Assembly: GCA_017468205.1 (NCBI GenBank)
Contig: JAFUJK010000083.1
Coordinates: 1 to 60,596, forward strand
Origin: Clostridia bacterium
GTDB taxonomy: Bacteria; Bacillota; Clostridia; Christensenellales; UBA1242
DNA: 60,596 nt
Reading direction: 5' to 3'
Made by a program: the position numbers and the translations under genes. The notes under the pieces were generated by a model. That model was not told the DNA's origin. It saw only the letters and a list, made by a program, of their open reading frames with translations, and did not search any database. Shown here one piece after another: positions 20,712 to 30,119 of the stretch (positions are counted from its first letter, which is position 1; each line of letters opens with the position of its first letter).

Positions 20712-21131
20712 ATGGCAACCAAAAAATCAACAAATACTAAAACAAAGGCATCTACCGCTAAATCAAGCACAGCAAAAGCCGAAACAAAAACAAAAGAACC
20801 TCTTGTAAGTACGAAACGCAAAGTAGGCATAGCAATTTACTTTACTTTCATTATCACACTTGCCTTATCCTTTGGCGCACAAGTTTGGATGATGGAAACA
20901 TTCAATCCACCTGCAACAAACGAACCCAATTTAGCCAGCAACGAGCAAACACAATCGCCTAACACCACACAAGAAAGTCCACAAGTTCAAAATGATGAAA
21001 GCAACATTGAGCGCGCTTTGCTTGAAAATGAGCAACAAGAAGAGTTTATTGTTCCTGCTCCAAATCAATTTAATTTCTACGACCAAAATGAAAATTTAAT
21101 TGCACAACAAAATGCGCCTCAATCAGAATAA
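20712..21131 (+). CDS. Hypothetical single-pass membrane protein
   Basis: GAGGAG RBS; Lys/Thr-rich N-terminus, TM helix, Gln/Glu/Asn-rich tail. Confidence 0.7.
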   Translation: MATKKSTNTKTKASTAKSSTAKAETKTKEPLVSTKRKVGIAIYFTFIITLALSFGAQVWMMETFNPPATNEPNLASNEQTQSPNTTQESPQVQNDESNIERALLENEQQEEFIVPAPNQFNFYDQNENLIAQQNAPQSE

Positions 21132-21135
21132 AAGA

Positions 21136-21167
21136 AAAACATATTAGCCTTAACTAATATGTTTTTT
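21136..21167. terminator. Bidirectional terminator
   Basis: aaaaacatattag-ccttaa-ctaatatgttttt. Confidence 0.75.
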
Positions 21168-21170
21168 ATT

Positions 21171-24161
21171 TTATGAATTTTGTACTAATGTTGGATATTG
21201 GTCTTGAACAAAGTTCCAATATTTAGAGTCAAATCCACGGTTAGTAAATGTTGACATCTTCTTACAATTTTCGTCACTAGTCCAACCATCGTCCGGTGAA
21301 GCCCAGTCGATAACGAAGTTATATGAACTTGTCAAACGTGTTCCGCCGTGCTTTGAGTTTACGATACATTTCTCAACCACACCCGCAACCTTGTTGTCTT
21401 CACCAAAGATTGCAGTAAATGGGTTGTGTACTGAATATACTTCACTCTTTGTTTCAGCATAAGCCTTGCTTCCTGAAATTGAATAGTCAAATTCAGAGTT
21501 AGCAAAACAGTATGCAACGCGACCATATCTGTCTTTGTTTTGAATTTCAATATCAACGGCAAATCCAGCCATAACTTTACCAGCAAGTGTACATTCTGCG
21601 TAGCAGTTTACGATAGAACCAGCCACAATCACACTTGCAAGCCCACCTACCTTTTCACCGCCAATAAAACCAGTTGCGTATGAGGTTGAAACCAAATTCT
21701 CAGAGCCCTCGCCCTCTAACCAGCCAACCAAACCACCAGCATAATAACCGCTGATTTCCATTGAGGTTGCGCTACAATCAGAAATCAAAGTGCCATCTCC
21801 ACTGTAACCAGTAATACCACCAACATATGATTTATCACCTGTACTTACTGAAGCATTTATCTTACCAGTAAAATTACATTTTGATATTGAACCATCGGAA
21901 CTTACACCTACAATACCGCCAGCAGTTGCATCAGTATCACTTTGCGCAAAAATTTCATAAGCATACTTGCCATCGCTTGTAAGTCCACCATCATAATTAG
22001 AATTTACAATCTTAGAATTACCGCCCAATTCACCAACAATTCCACCAACAAAGTTGGTTTCCTTTGATTGAACTTTAATATTCAACGATGCAGTACAATC
22101 TTGAATCAATGCATCTTTTCCTGTTTTACCAGCGATACCACCAGCATAGATGCGATTATCTGCGTTAATGTTAATACCCTCAAAGTTTGTGTCTGCATTT
22201 GAACGCACTACACAATCAATGATTTTACCATAGTTCAATCCAGCAATAGCACCTACCCAAGCATAAACATCATCACTAGCAACCTTTGTTATTTTAACGC
22301 CCTCAATAATTAGGTTTTCTGCAACGCCTTCGCTACCAATCATACCAAAGAAACCATTAAATCTATTTTCAGTGGTGATTACTAGGTTGCGAATTACAGG
22401 CATAGAGCCGTCAGCTTTTGCTACTCCATACATTTGACCATTAAATGGTGTAAGGGAATCGCCGATTGGAGTCCATTCCTCACCAGTCAAATCAATGTCG
22501 CTGTCGATTTTGTACTTATTGTTGTAAATACCATCGTCAGCAAGGTCAGCAGCAAGTTCGTCAAGCAATTTTTGTTTTCCAGAAATAACAACCACGTCAA
22601 ATTCGTCATAAATTCCGTTGTTTACTGGAACAGCATTGTCTTTAATAAATGGATAACCATTGTTAACTGAAGGGTCGATAGACCAAAGATTATCAAAGTC
22701 CCATGTTACCATTTCGCCGTTCACATCATAACCAATGTAAGCAACATTTTCGCTAGGCATATTTGCTTCTTTTACTGCGCTAAATTGCTCTGCATTTGGT
22801 TTTTTCTTCAATGTTTCAGCAGTAACGCCATAAGCAAGATATGCAGTTGTAACGTCATCAAAATCATAAATACCAGTTGTTACTTTTTCGCTCTTTTGAT
22901 AGAAGTTACCCAAAATACGGTTGTAATTCTTGTATGCTTCGTCTGGTTTAAGCTCTGGCTGAACAGAATTCAATCCATTCAAGTTAAAAGCAATCAAGCC
23001 AGCCACAAAATCTTCGCCTTTCATCTCGTTTTTAATAACTGCATAACAATTAATAACCGCACTCTTTTGCGAATCGTTTGTTTCAGCTGTCATATTAACT
23101 AAACTTGCAGTAATTCCACCAGCAATACTTGATTTTGAAGCTTCTGGTGTCGCAAATGTAGCATCTACAACACCACAATTACTAATCATACCAGCCCTAA
23201 CTACAGAAGAGATACCACCCATACACGCAGTTGTATTAGCTGATAAAATTAAGTTAGAAACGGTTGTATAAAGCACTTTCGCAAGATATGCTCCGCTTGT
23301 GCCATCAAGAATACCAACAACACCACCAATATAAGCAGCTTTTTCAATTGTAGCATTTGCATTAACTACAGAATTTGAAACAGTAACAAAACTTACTTCA
23401 CCCATGTTATATGCAGCAAGTGGCGCAACATTATCATAATTTCCATCAAGTTTAAATCCAGTAAGATTCAAGTTTGAAACTTTTGCACCAGTTTTGATTG
23501 TACCAAAAAGTCCAGCATTTTTCAAAGTACTAGGTGCAACAACTTCGCCCTCGCTCAACATAGCAGAACCTTCTTGTAACAAATGAAGGTTACTAATAGT
23601 GTGCTTACCACCATTGTAAGTACCACTAAAACCATCGTCGCCACCGATTGGAGTCCACGCAGTTTGCTTCTCAACACTCATATCAATATCAGCAACTTGT
23701 TGATAGTTAGCGGTCAATGGGTGCGCTGGACCGATTGATTTCAAGTCTTGATAGTCGCGAATATAGAATGGGTTTTCAGTAGACCCAGAACCAACGTAAA
23801 CTGCAACATTTACGTTCTTGTAATCCTCGTTTGTGGTAACGAGTTGAATTGTTGTATTACCGCCAGCAAGAGCCTCAAATCTCCAAGATTCAACGTTCTT
23901 GTCGTCAGCAAACTTTTCTTTAAATTTAACAATTTCCTCATTCATACTAACAAGGCTGTACTGGTCAGCAGAAGGATTCTCACGAGTTACAGTTACTACA
24001 AAAGTTTCGCCTACGTTGACATATTTAGTAGTAGATTGACCATTTTCGCCCCCCAAGCTAAACACTTCGTTGTTGAGCATAAAGTAGTAAACAGACAACC
24101 CGACACTAATGCCGACAATTACGATAAGCAAAAAGATTAAAAATCTATTGAGCCATTTCAT
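21171..24161 (-). CDS. Large surface protein with GLUG-type beta-helix repeats (two tandem modules)
   Basis: N-terminal TM anchor; GSGSTENPFYI; repeated DID..WTPIG..F.G, V/AGGIVG motifs; two W.F..W..YP module ends. Confidence 0.8.
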   Translation of the reverse strand: MKWLNRFLIFLLIVIVGISVGLSVYYFMLNNEVFSLGGENGQSTTKYVNVGETFVVTVTRENPSADQYSLVSMNEEIVKFKEKFADDKNVESWRFEALAGGNTTIQLVTTNEDYKNVNVAVYVGSGSTENPFYIRDYQDLKSIGPAHPLTANYQQVADIDMSVEKQTAWTPIGGDDGFSGTYNGGKHTISNLHLLQEGSAMLSEGEVVAPSTLKNAGLFGTIKTGAKVSNLNLTGFKLDGNYDNVAPLAAYNMGEVSFVTVSNSVVNANATIEKAAYIGGVVGILDGTSGAYLAKVLYTTVSNLILSANTTACMGGISSVVRAGMISNCGVVDATFATPEASKSSIAGGITASLVNMTAETNDSQKSAVINCYAVIKNEMKGEDFVAGLIAFNLNGLNSVQPELKPDEAYKNYNRILGNFYQKSEKVTTGIYDFDDVTTAYLAYGVTAETLKKKPNAEQFSAVKEANMPSENVAYIGYDVNGEMVTWDFDNLWSIDPSVNNGYPFIKDNAVPVNNGIYDEFDVVVISGKQKLLDELAADLADDGIYNNKYKIDSDIDLTGEEWTPIGDSLTPFNGQMYGVAKADGSMPVIRNLVITTENRFNGFFGMIGSEGVAENLIIEGVKITKVASDDVYAWVGAIAGLNYGKIIDCVVRSNADTNFEGININADNRIYAGGIAGKTGKDALIQDCTASLNIKVQSKETNFVGGIVGELGGNSKIVNSNYDGGLTSDGKYAYEIFAQSDTDATAGGIVGVSSDGSISKCNFTGKINASVSTGDKSYVGGITGYSGDGTLISDCSATSMEISGYYAGGLVGWLEGEGSENLVSTSYATGFIGGEKVGGLASVIVAGSIVNCYAECTLAGKVMAGFAVDIEIQNKDRYGRVAYCFANSEFDYSISGSKAYAETKSEVYSVHNPFTAIFGEDNKVAGVVEKCIVNSKHGGTRLTSSYNFVIDWASPDDGWTSDENCKKMSTFTNRGFDSKYWNFVQDQYPTLVQNS

Positions 24162-24332
24162 AAGTAATTACCTCTCTATTTATTCTTCTAGTAATTCATT
24201 ATATTATACCATACTTTAAATCATTTGTCAATATTGATATAAAATAAAAACAAAAACTATTAATTTTTCTAGTTTTTGCTTAAATTCTTTATTATTATGA
24301 TTATTATATGATAACAAGTATCTTTATTTACT

Positions 24333-24426
24333 GAGATTTCTCGACCGCGCTTGTAATGACAGCCCCCGTGTCATTATGAGGAGCGCAACGACGCGATAAT
24401 CTCGGCGACAAAGTCGCCACCACGGA
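24333..24426. repeat. Inverted pair of REP-like GAGAT...AATGAC repeats plus small hairpin
   Basis: 24333-24360 gagatttctc..taatgac; 24370-24403 gtcattatg..aatctc; then ggcgac-aaa-gtcgcc. Confidence 0.7.
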
Positions 24427-24435
24427 GAAAATATT

Positions 24436-26374
24436 TTACGTCAACTTATCCGTATTATTTGTTTCAGTATTTACATTTGAACTTATTTGTGAAAAATTGG
24501 CAATTATAAGTTTTCCAAATGCTTGCTCTTTGGTTAGCTGCATGCTCAAACTTGTTCCGAACGAATTTCCATCGCTATCCGTCCAGCCGTCAAATTGATA
24601 ACCCGCGTATGCAACCGCAATGCACGTAATCGTGTCGCTTTCCTCACTTAAATCCGAGCCTGTTATTCTGGCTTCCCCGCCATTGGTGGCTTGAATGGCG
24701 ACGCCCTCAATACTTGTGCCCGCGCTATTTTTTAAAACTGGCTTTGTATTAATAAAAGTAAGATAAATACCAAAATCCGCACTGATGTAATCAATTTGAA
24801 GAACAAGCATATTGCCATTTTCATTGATTTTGTACTCAATGCTAGCCGAACTTCCCGAATTTTCAAGCAATCCCGTTCGCGTTTCAAAAACTTGCGTTTC
24901 TCCACTTGCAACCGAAATTGCGCTGAAATAATATCCGCTTGGCGCGGTCAAATAGTATGTAAGTGTGTAGTTTTGGTCGCGTGAGAAGTCGCTAGTAAAA
25001 GTTTGCGAGCCTGTGATAGTTGCAGTAAAATACTTTATGAAATATGCAGTATAAGTCTGCGCACTGCTCGCAGTTATCGTCAGAGGATTGCTCTCATATG
25101 TTCCCCCTCCGCTGTCCTGCCAGTATGCAAATATACTACCATTTATTGGATTGGCTGTTAATGAAACTAATGTGCCACTTTCATATGTTCCCCCTCCGCT
25201 TACTGAACCATAAGAAGAATTAGAAGTGTTTGCTGTGATTAATACTCCAGTTTTGAAATACGCCTTGCAAGTGATAGTCCCTGTTACCGCAAAAGAATAT
25301 GGGTTACTTTCCACACGAGTTGAGCCAATCATCCAGTAGTCAAATAGATATCCTGCATTTGGCGTTGCTATAATTGTTGTGATGGTGTTATATTTTATCG
25401 CCCCACCGCCACTTGTCGTACCATATGAGGAGTTGTTTGTTGAAAGCGTTACATTAAATTCAACACAACTAGCTAGACTATTCAATGAAATGTGAGCGGC
25501 AGGACGCACACCGCGACTAAAGAAAGTACTGCTGCGGGAAACGGAGCCAGAGGAGGATATTAGTAACGCGACGTCGTAGTCGCCAGATTCGCCAGAACGC
25601 AGCCAACAATAGTCTGTAGACATTTCCCTATCTGTGTCATCTAGCCCCCAAAAAGAGAAAGTTTCATAATAACTTGGAAGCCAGAATTTATCTGTAACTG
25701 TTGATAATACACCTAAACTACTAATATAGTCATCAGTGTATTGCGTATCTTGTGCTGTCTTATAGCTACTACTCATACTACATGGCGAAACGGTGATTGA
25801 GTTAAGTACTGGATAACTGCTCGCGCGAGTTGTGAAATAATTTTGCACTGTCGTGCGTATATCTGAACTACTATAGTCATTGTTTGAACTAGCAAATGTG
25901 GCAGTTGTGTAGTAATCACACATCCACACGGTAATAATGTCTGTGTTGTTTGGGTCGCGATACACCACTTGCCAAGCGCGACCAGCCATTGTAAAAACTA
26001 TCGGAGTTCCGCCGTCCAAAGTTCTCACTGTTCCAGTTTTCGAGCCCAATTTGCTAATTAAGGAATTATATACTGTTTCATTTACTATACTGCTTCCACT
26101 AGTGGATAATGTTCCAAGTGATGTGTAACTTTTTAATGCCGAAACGCCGTTTAAATCATTTAAAATCAAAAAAATGCTTCCGCCTGTTATAGCGATAAAA
26201 AGAAGGATTAAGGACAGAATTAGGGCAATCACTTTGCCTCTTTTTTCTTTATTTTTAGGGTTGTTTAAATTGTCTGAAAAGCCTTTATTTAAGCCATTTT
26301 CAGCAATTTTTTCGCTATTTAGCGCCCCCCCCCCCCTGCGGAGTTTTTGGGGTGGATAAGTGGTCTTTTTTCAT
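24436..26374 (-). CDS. Surface protein: TM anchor, DUF6273-like domain with putative DGR variable region, InlB-B-like repeats; 5' end frameshifted at a G12 tract
   Basis: GGAGG-N8-ATG at 26374; that frame stops after the G12 tract, main 598-aa ORF is 26232-24436; repeats ATPNAGYLFDYW, ANPINGSIFAYW, AYAGYQFDGW. Confidence 0.75.
25498..25605 (-). other. Putative DGR variable region
   Basis: WLRSG-26 codons-GVRPA; 21 of 26 codons end in C/T (14 in C), none encodes Asn, as expected for randomised AAY codons. Confidence 0.65.
26325..26336 (-). repeat. G12 homopolymer (candidate phase-variation tract)
   Basis: 12 C on the plus strand, inside the 5' coding region; G11 or G14 joins ATG 26374 to the main ORF. 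Confidence 0.75.
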
Positions 26375-26403
26375 TGTTTGTGCCTCCATTTTTTCCTTAC
26401 TTG

Positions 26404-26454
26404 CGGTGATAAATCACCGAGATTGCCACGGCTTTTGCAAAGCCTTGCAATAAC
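26404..26454. repeat. REP-like GAGAT...AATAAC repeat with adjacent hairpin in the 5' UTR
   Basis: cggtgat-aa-atcaccg overlapping gagattgccacggcttttgcaaagccttgcaataac; lies between TGnTATAAT (26477-26485) and the RBS. Confidence 0.65.
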
Positions 26455-26632
26455 AGCAAGGGATTTATTCATTCTTATTATATCACAATTTTTAGTTAAA
26501 TACTAATAAAAAATATAGGAATTTTTAATTTCACGTAAATACGTGCATTTTGATACAAAATTATAAAAAATACACACATTTTTAAACAAAAAAATAAAAA
26601 CCCACCTTAAATTGGGCACTAATTAGAAAAAA

Positions 26633-26725
26633 GGGCGCGGGTGCTTGTGCGCATTGCGCACAGCACGCGAACGCGTGCAAACCCGATTTTTGCAACAAAA
26701 AAAATCGGGTTAAGCACCCGCGCCC
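26633..26725. repeat. Perfect four-way-junction palindrome (14-bp outer stem, three inner hairpins)
   Basis: gggcgcgggtgctt/aagcacccgcgccc enclosing gtgcgca-t-tgcgcac, gcacgcg-aa-cgcgtgc and aacccgattttt-N8-aaaaatcgggtt. Confidence 0.85.
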
Positions 26726-26729
26726 CCAA

Positions 26730-27074
26730 TTACAGACCAAGACTAATTGCAAGGGCATCGTCTATATTTTTTAGTGTCCTTGCATCAGTATATCCAATTT
26801 TATCCAGCAAGCGCGCCTTATCCAATGTGCGAATTTGCTCCAATAATACAACACTATCTTTTTCAAGTCCAAAACAACTTGCGCTTAATTCAATATGTGT
26901 AGGCAATTTGGCCTTATTGATTTTACTTGTTATAGCAGCAACAATAACGGTTGGGCTGTAACGATTGCCGACATCATTTTGCACAATCAAAACGGGGCGC
27001 ACACCGCCCTGCTCACTCCCGACAACAGGCGAGAGATTAGCATAATAAATATCACCACGTTTGATTGTGTCCAA
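26730..27074 (-). CDS. mazF: PemK/MazF (NdoA/EndoA-type) mRNA interferase toxin
   Basis: [42 protein letters not shown]; conserved position downstream of acpS. Confidence 0.93.
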   Translation of the reverse strand: MDTIKRGDIYYANLSPVVGSEQGGVRPVLIVQNDVGNRYSPTVIVAAITSKINKAKLPTHIELSASCFGLEKDSVVLLEQIRTLDKARLLDKIGYTDARTLKNIDDALAISLGL

Positions 27075-27075
27075 C

Positions 27076-27255
27076 TTATTGCTCCTTTATCCAATTTTCG
27101 TAGCGATCCAAATCGCAACCAGCGACACCCCAAATTTCACGTTCAGAAAAGCCAACGAAATCACCAAAATCGTTTTTTTCCATTATATGCGAACTAAAAT
27201 GAGATTTGTGAGAGAGAGCTGATAGTTCTGCTACATATTTTTCAAAGTCTTTCAT
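27076..27255 (-). CDS. Putative minimal MazE/NdoAI-like antitoxin (59 aa, absent from the ORF track)
   Basis: [59 protein letters not shown]; stop 1 nt before the mazF TTG; contains the mazF RBS. Confidence 0.6.
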   Translation of the reverse strand: MKDFEKYVAELSALSHKSHFSSHIMEKNDFGDFVGFSEREIWGVAGCDLDRYENWIKEQ

Positions 27256-27301
27256 AATAATTTATCCCTTTTAACACTGCAAATATACCTAAAAAACAAA
27301 A

Positions 27302-27327
27302 AATATAGGAAGGTTCTTTCCTATATT
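27302..27327. terminator. Hairpin/terminator downstream of acpS
   Basis: aatataggaa..ttcctatatt inverted repeat, T-run on the minus strand. Confidence 0.55.
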
Positions 27328-27351
27328 CTGTATTTTGTCATAAAATATACA

Positions 27352-27723
27352 TCATTTTGCAATGCAAATTGCAACCGCATTATCATGTGTATGCGAAATG
27401 CTAATATCCATTTCCTTAATTTTCAGGCTTTGAGCAATCTCTTTGGTAACGCCACTAAAAGAAACAACGGGTTTTCCTAATTCGTTAGGCAGTATTTCAA
27501 TTTCCGTCCACTTAACTCCTTTATCAATTCCAGTTCCCAACATTTTTACAACGGCTTCTTTTCCTGCGAACTTTCCCGCAATTCGTTCAGCTCTTGCCTG
27601 TTGATTACTTAATTGTTCGATATGCTCGCGCTCTTTTTTTGTAAAAACACGAGAAAGGAACGCAACATTTTCGCATTTATCAAAAAATCTTGATACTTCC
27701 ACCATATCAATACCAACTTTCAC
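27352..27723 (-). CDS. acpS: Holo-ACP synthase
   Basis: VGIDMVEVSR, KFAGKEAVVK, SISH. Confidence 0.93.
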   Translation of the reverse strand: MKVGIDMVEVSRFFDKCENVAFLSRVFTKKEREHIEQLSNQQARAERIAGKFAGKEAVVKMLGTGIDKGVKWTEIEILPNELGKPVVSFSGVTKEIAQSLKIKEMDISISHTHDNAVAICIAK

Positions 27724-28333
27724 AATCGCCCTCCTTGATTTTCGACATTGCAGAACTTATTTCACTCCAAGAAAATCCTTTCCCAGCCAAATATCTACAC
27801 ATTTTATCTAAATTTTCACGCGTTCGCTCCTTATTTTTCATATATTTTAAAGCAATAGCAAGAACAGCATCTTCCTGACTACCCGCATTTTCTAAAATAT
27901 TGTCAATTATTTCTCTATCTATACCGCGCATTTCAAGATTAAATTTAATTTTGCGCGTGCCATAGCGGGAAATATTGCTATTCACATACATTTCCGCATA
28001 CAATTCATCATTTAAGAACTTATATTCAAGCATTTTATCAATAATCGCACCAATAACACGAGGCAAATAACCTTTATCTTTTAGATATTCTCGCATTTGT
28101 CGCTTTGTTTTTAAATTTTTTGAAACCAATTCAACAGCGCGCTCAAACCCGCTTGAAACCTCACTTTCAAAAGTAATATCTTCCAGTTCTGTTTTTGAAA
28201 TTTCATTGCCGACTTTTAATTTGTTTTTATAAGTTGTGAAAGCATCTAATGTACAAACAAATTCATTATCTATATAAATATGTTGACGTTTATTCTTCCC
28301 TTTTGCCTCTTTTATGTCTGTTATTATCCCCAT
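27707..28333 (-). CDS. recX: RecX family regulator
   Basis: LNDELYAEMYV, GTRKIKFNLEMRGI, RYLAGKGF. Confidence 0.85.
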   Translation of the reverse strand: MGIITDIKEAKGKNKRQHIYIDNEFVCTLDAFTTYKNKLKVGNEISKTELEDITFESEVSSGFERAVELVSKNLKTKRQMREYLKDKGYLPRVIGAIIDKMLEYKFLNDELYAEMYVNSNISRYGTRKIKFNLEMRGIDREIIDNILENAGSQEDAVLAIALKYMKNKERTRENLDKMCRYLAGKGFSWSEISSAMSKIKEGDCESWY

Positions 28334-28923
28334 TACTCGCCCTCATAATATTCAAAAATATCGCCTATAAAAGTTGAGTTTTCTATCAATTCATCACTAC
28401 TAGCGACAACTTTTAAGGTTGCGCCATTATCAAAATTAGTGTCAATAACTTTTATTTTTCGCCCCTTAATATTATTTATAAAAGGCTGATAATCCTTATA
28501 ATCAAGTTCAACCTCATAAATCTTTGAACTCAACCATTCGACAATTTTCGCATTTTCTATTGTATCGACCGCGCTACCAGAATAGGCTCGCAAAAGGCCA
28601 CCTGCACCAAGTTTTACACCTCCAAAATAGCGAACCACTGCAATAACCACATTCACAAGCCCTTTCTTTTCTATTATATTTAGAATAGGCTTTCCTGCTG
28701 TGCCTGACGGCTCGCCATCATCGCTTAAACGTGCCGAATTTCTCAATTTATAGGCAAAACAAATATGTCTTGCATCCTTATATTTCTCGCGCAATTCATT
28801 CAAAAAACTTTCCGCTTCGTCCCCACTCTCAACAAACTTCGCAAAACCCAAAAAGCGAGATTTGTTAATAACAATCTCGCTTGTGTAAATTTCATCTTTT
28901 TTTATAGAAAGAAAACTTTCCAT
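28333..28923 (-). CDS. YigZ/IMPACT family protein
   Basis: KSRF, SDDGEPSGTAG, VVRYFGGVKLGAGGL. Confidence 0.92.
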   Translation of the reverse strand: MESFLSIKKDEIYTSEIVINKSRFLGFAKFVESGDEAESFLNELREKYKDARHICFAYKLRNSARLSDDGEPSGTAGKPILNIIEKKGLVNVVIAVVRYFGGVKLGAGGLLRAYSGSAVDTIENAKIVEWLSSKIYEVELDYKDYQPFINNIKGRKIKVIDTNFDNGATLKVVASSDELIENSTFIGDIFEYYEGE

Positions 28924-30119
28924 TACTGCACGTTCACCTTAACAATATTCTTTTTGCCTTTTTTAAGCACAAAACCATCAGCAGGGCAAGCAAATTCAAG
29001 GTTGTCGACAACTACATCATCAACTTTAACACCGCCACCTAAAACCAATTTCTTTGCATCGCCACGTGAACCAGCAAATTTGAGAGCCACAAGACAATCA
29101 ATAATGTTCAAACTATTCTTATCAAGAGAAACTTCTGGCATATCCGCTTCATTTCCACCGAAAGCACCGCGAGCCTGTTTCAACGCCTCATTTGCACTTT
29201 TCTCACCGCGAACGATTTTTGTAACTTCAAAAGCAAGACGCTCCTTAGCCTTATTGATTTCTTTACCCGTTCCTGAACAAATTTCCTTAATCTCGTCAAG
29301 TGGCAACAAGGTGAGCATTTTGAATACTTCTTCCACCTTGGCATCTTCGATATCGCGGAAGTATTGGAAAAAGTCGTAATCGCTCGTTTTTTCGCGAGAA
29401 AGCCAAACAGCACCACCAGCAGATTTACCCATTTTAGTGCCATCTGTTTTTGTAAGCAAAGGTGAAGTCATACAATAAACAGGCTTATTTTCTTTTTTGC
29501 GAATTAATTCCGCACCTGCCAAAATGTTAGCCCATTGATCGCTTCCACCAAGTTGAACGCTACAATTGTATGTTTTAAACAAGTGGTAAAAATCGTAAGC
29601 CTGCATAGGCATATAGTTAAATTCAAGGAAACTTAATCCATTTTCCATACGTTGTTCAAAGCACCCTGAACTCAACATTTTGTTTACACTCATATTAAGT
29701 CCGACAACATTTAAAAAGTCGACATAACTTAATTTACTTATCCAATCGTCGTTATCTACAACAATTAATTTATTTTCGCAATCAGGGTCAAAGAAAGATT
29801 CAAATTGCTTCTTAATTTTACGAATATTCTTGTCGCGTTGTTCATCTGAAATCATAGGGCGCATATCATTTCTACCCGAAGGGTCTCCAATTTTACCAGT
29901 AGCACCACCAACCAATGCAATTGGTGTGTGTCCTGCCTTTTGCATACGAACCAATTGAAGTATTAAAGCCAAATTCCCCACGTGAAGGCTGTCAGCAGTT
30001 GGGTCAAAACCACAATAGCAAACAACTTTTTCCTTATCTAGTAATTCGCGCAATTCATCAGGGTAAATTGATTGATAAATAAGACCGCGCTCGTTCATTT
30101 CGTCAAATACATTTTTCAT
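28923..30119 (-). CDS. tyrS: Tyrosine--tRNA ligase
   Basis: YCGFDPTADSLHVGN, QLGGSDQW, KMGKS, S4-like C-terminus. Confidence 0.96.
   Translation of the reverse strand: MKNVFDEMNERGLIYQSIYPDELRELLDKEKVVCYCGFDPTADSLHVGNLALILQLVRMQKAGHTPIALVGGATGKIGDPSGRNDMRPMISDEQRDKNIRKIKKQFESFFDPDCENKLIVVDNDDWISKLSYVDFLNVVGLNMSVNKMLSSGCFEQRMENGLSFLEFNYMPMQAYDFYHLFKTYNCSVQLGGSDQWANILAGAELIRKKENKPVYCMTSPLLTKTDGTKMGKSAGGAVWLSREKTSDYDFFQYFRDIEDAKVEEVFKMLTLLPLDEIKEICSGTGKEINKAKERLAFEVTKIVRGEKSANEALKQARGAFGGNEADMPEVSLDKNSLNIIDCLVALKFAGSRGDAKKLVLGGGVKVDDVVVDNLEFACPADGFVLKKGKKNIVKVNVQ

Noticed and set aside
26633-26725. tRNA gene (cloverleaf-like fold)
   Set aside because: 14-bp outer stem, 1-2 nt loops, no TTC T-loop consensus, anticodon loop or CCA.
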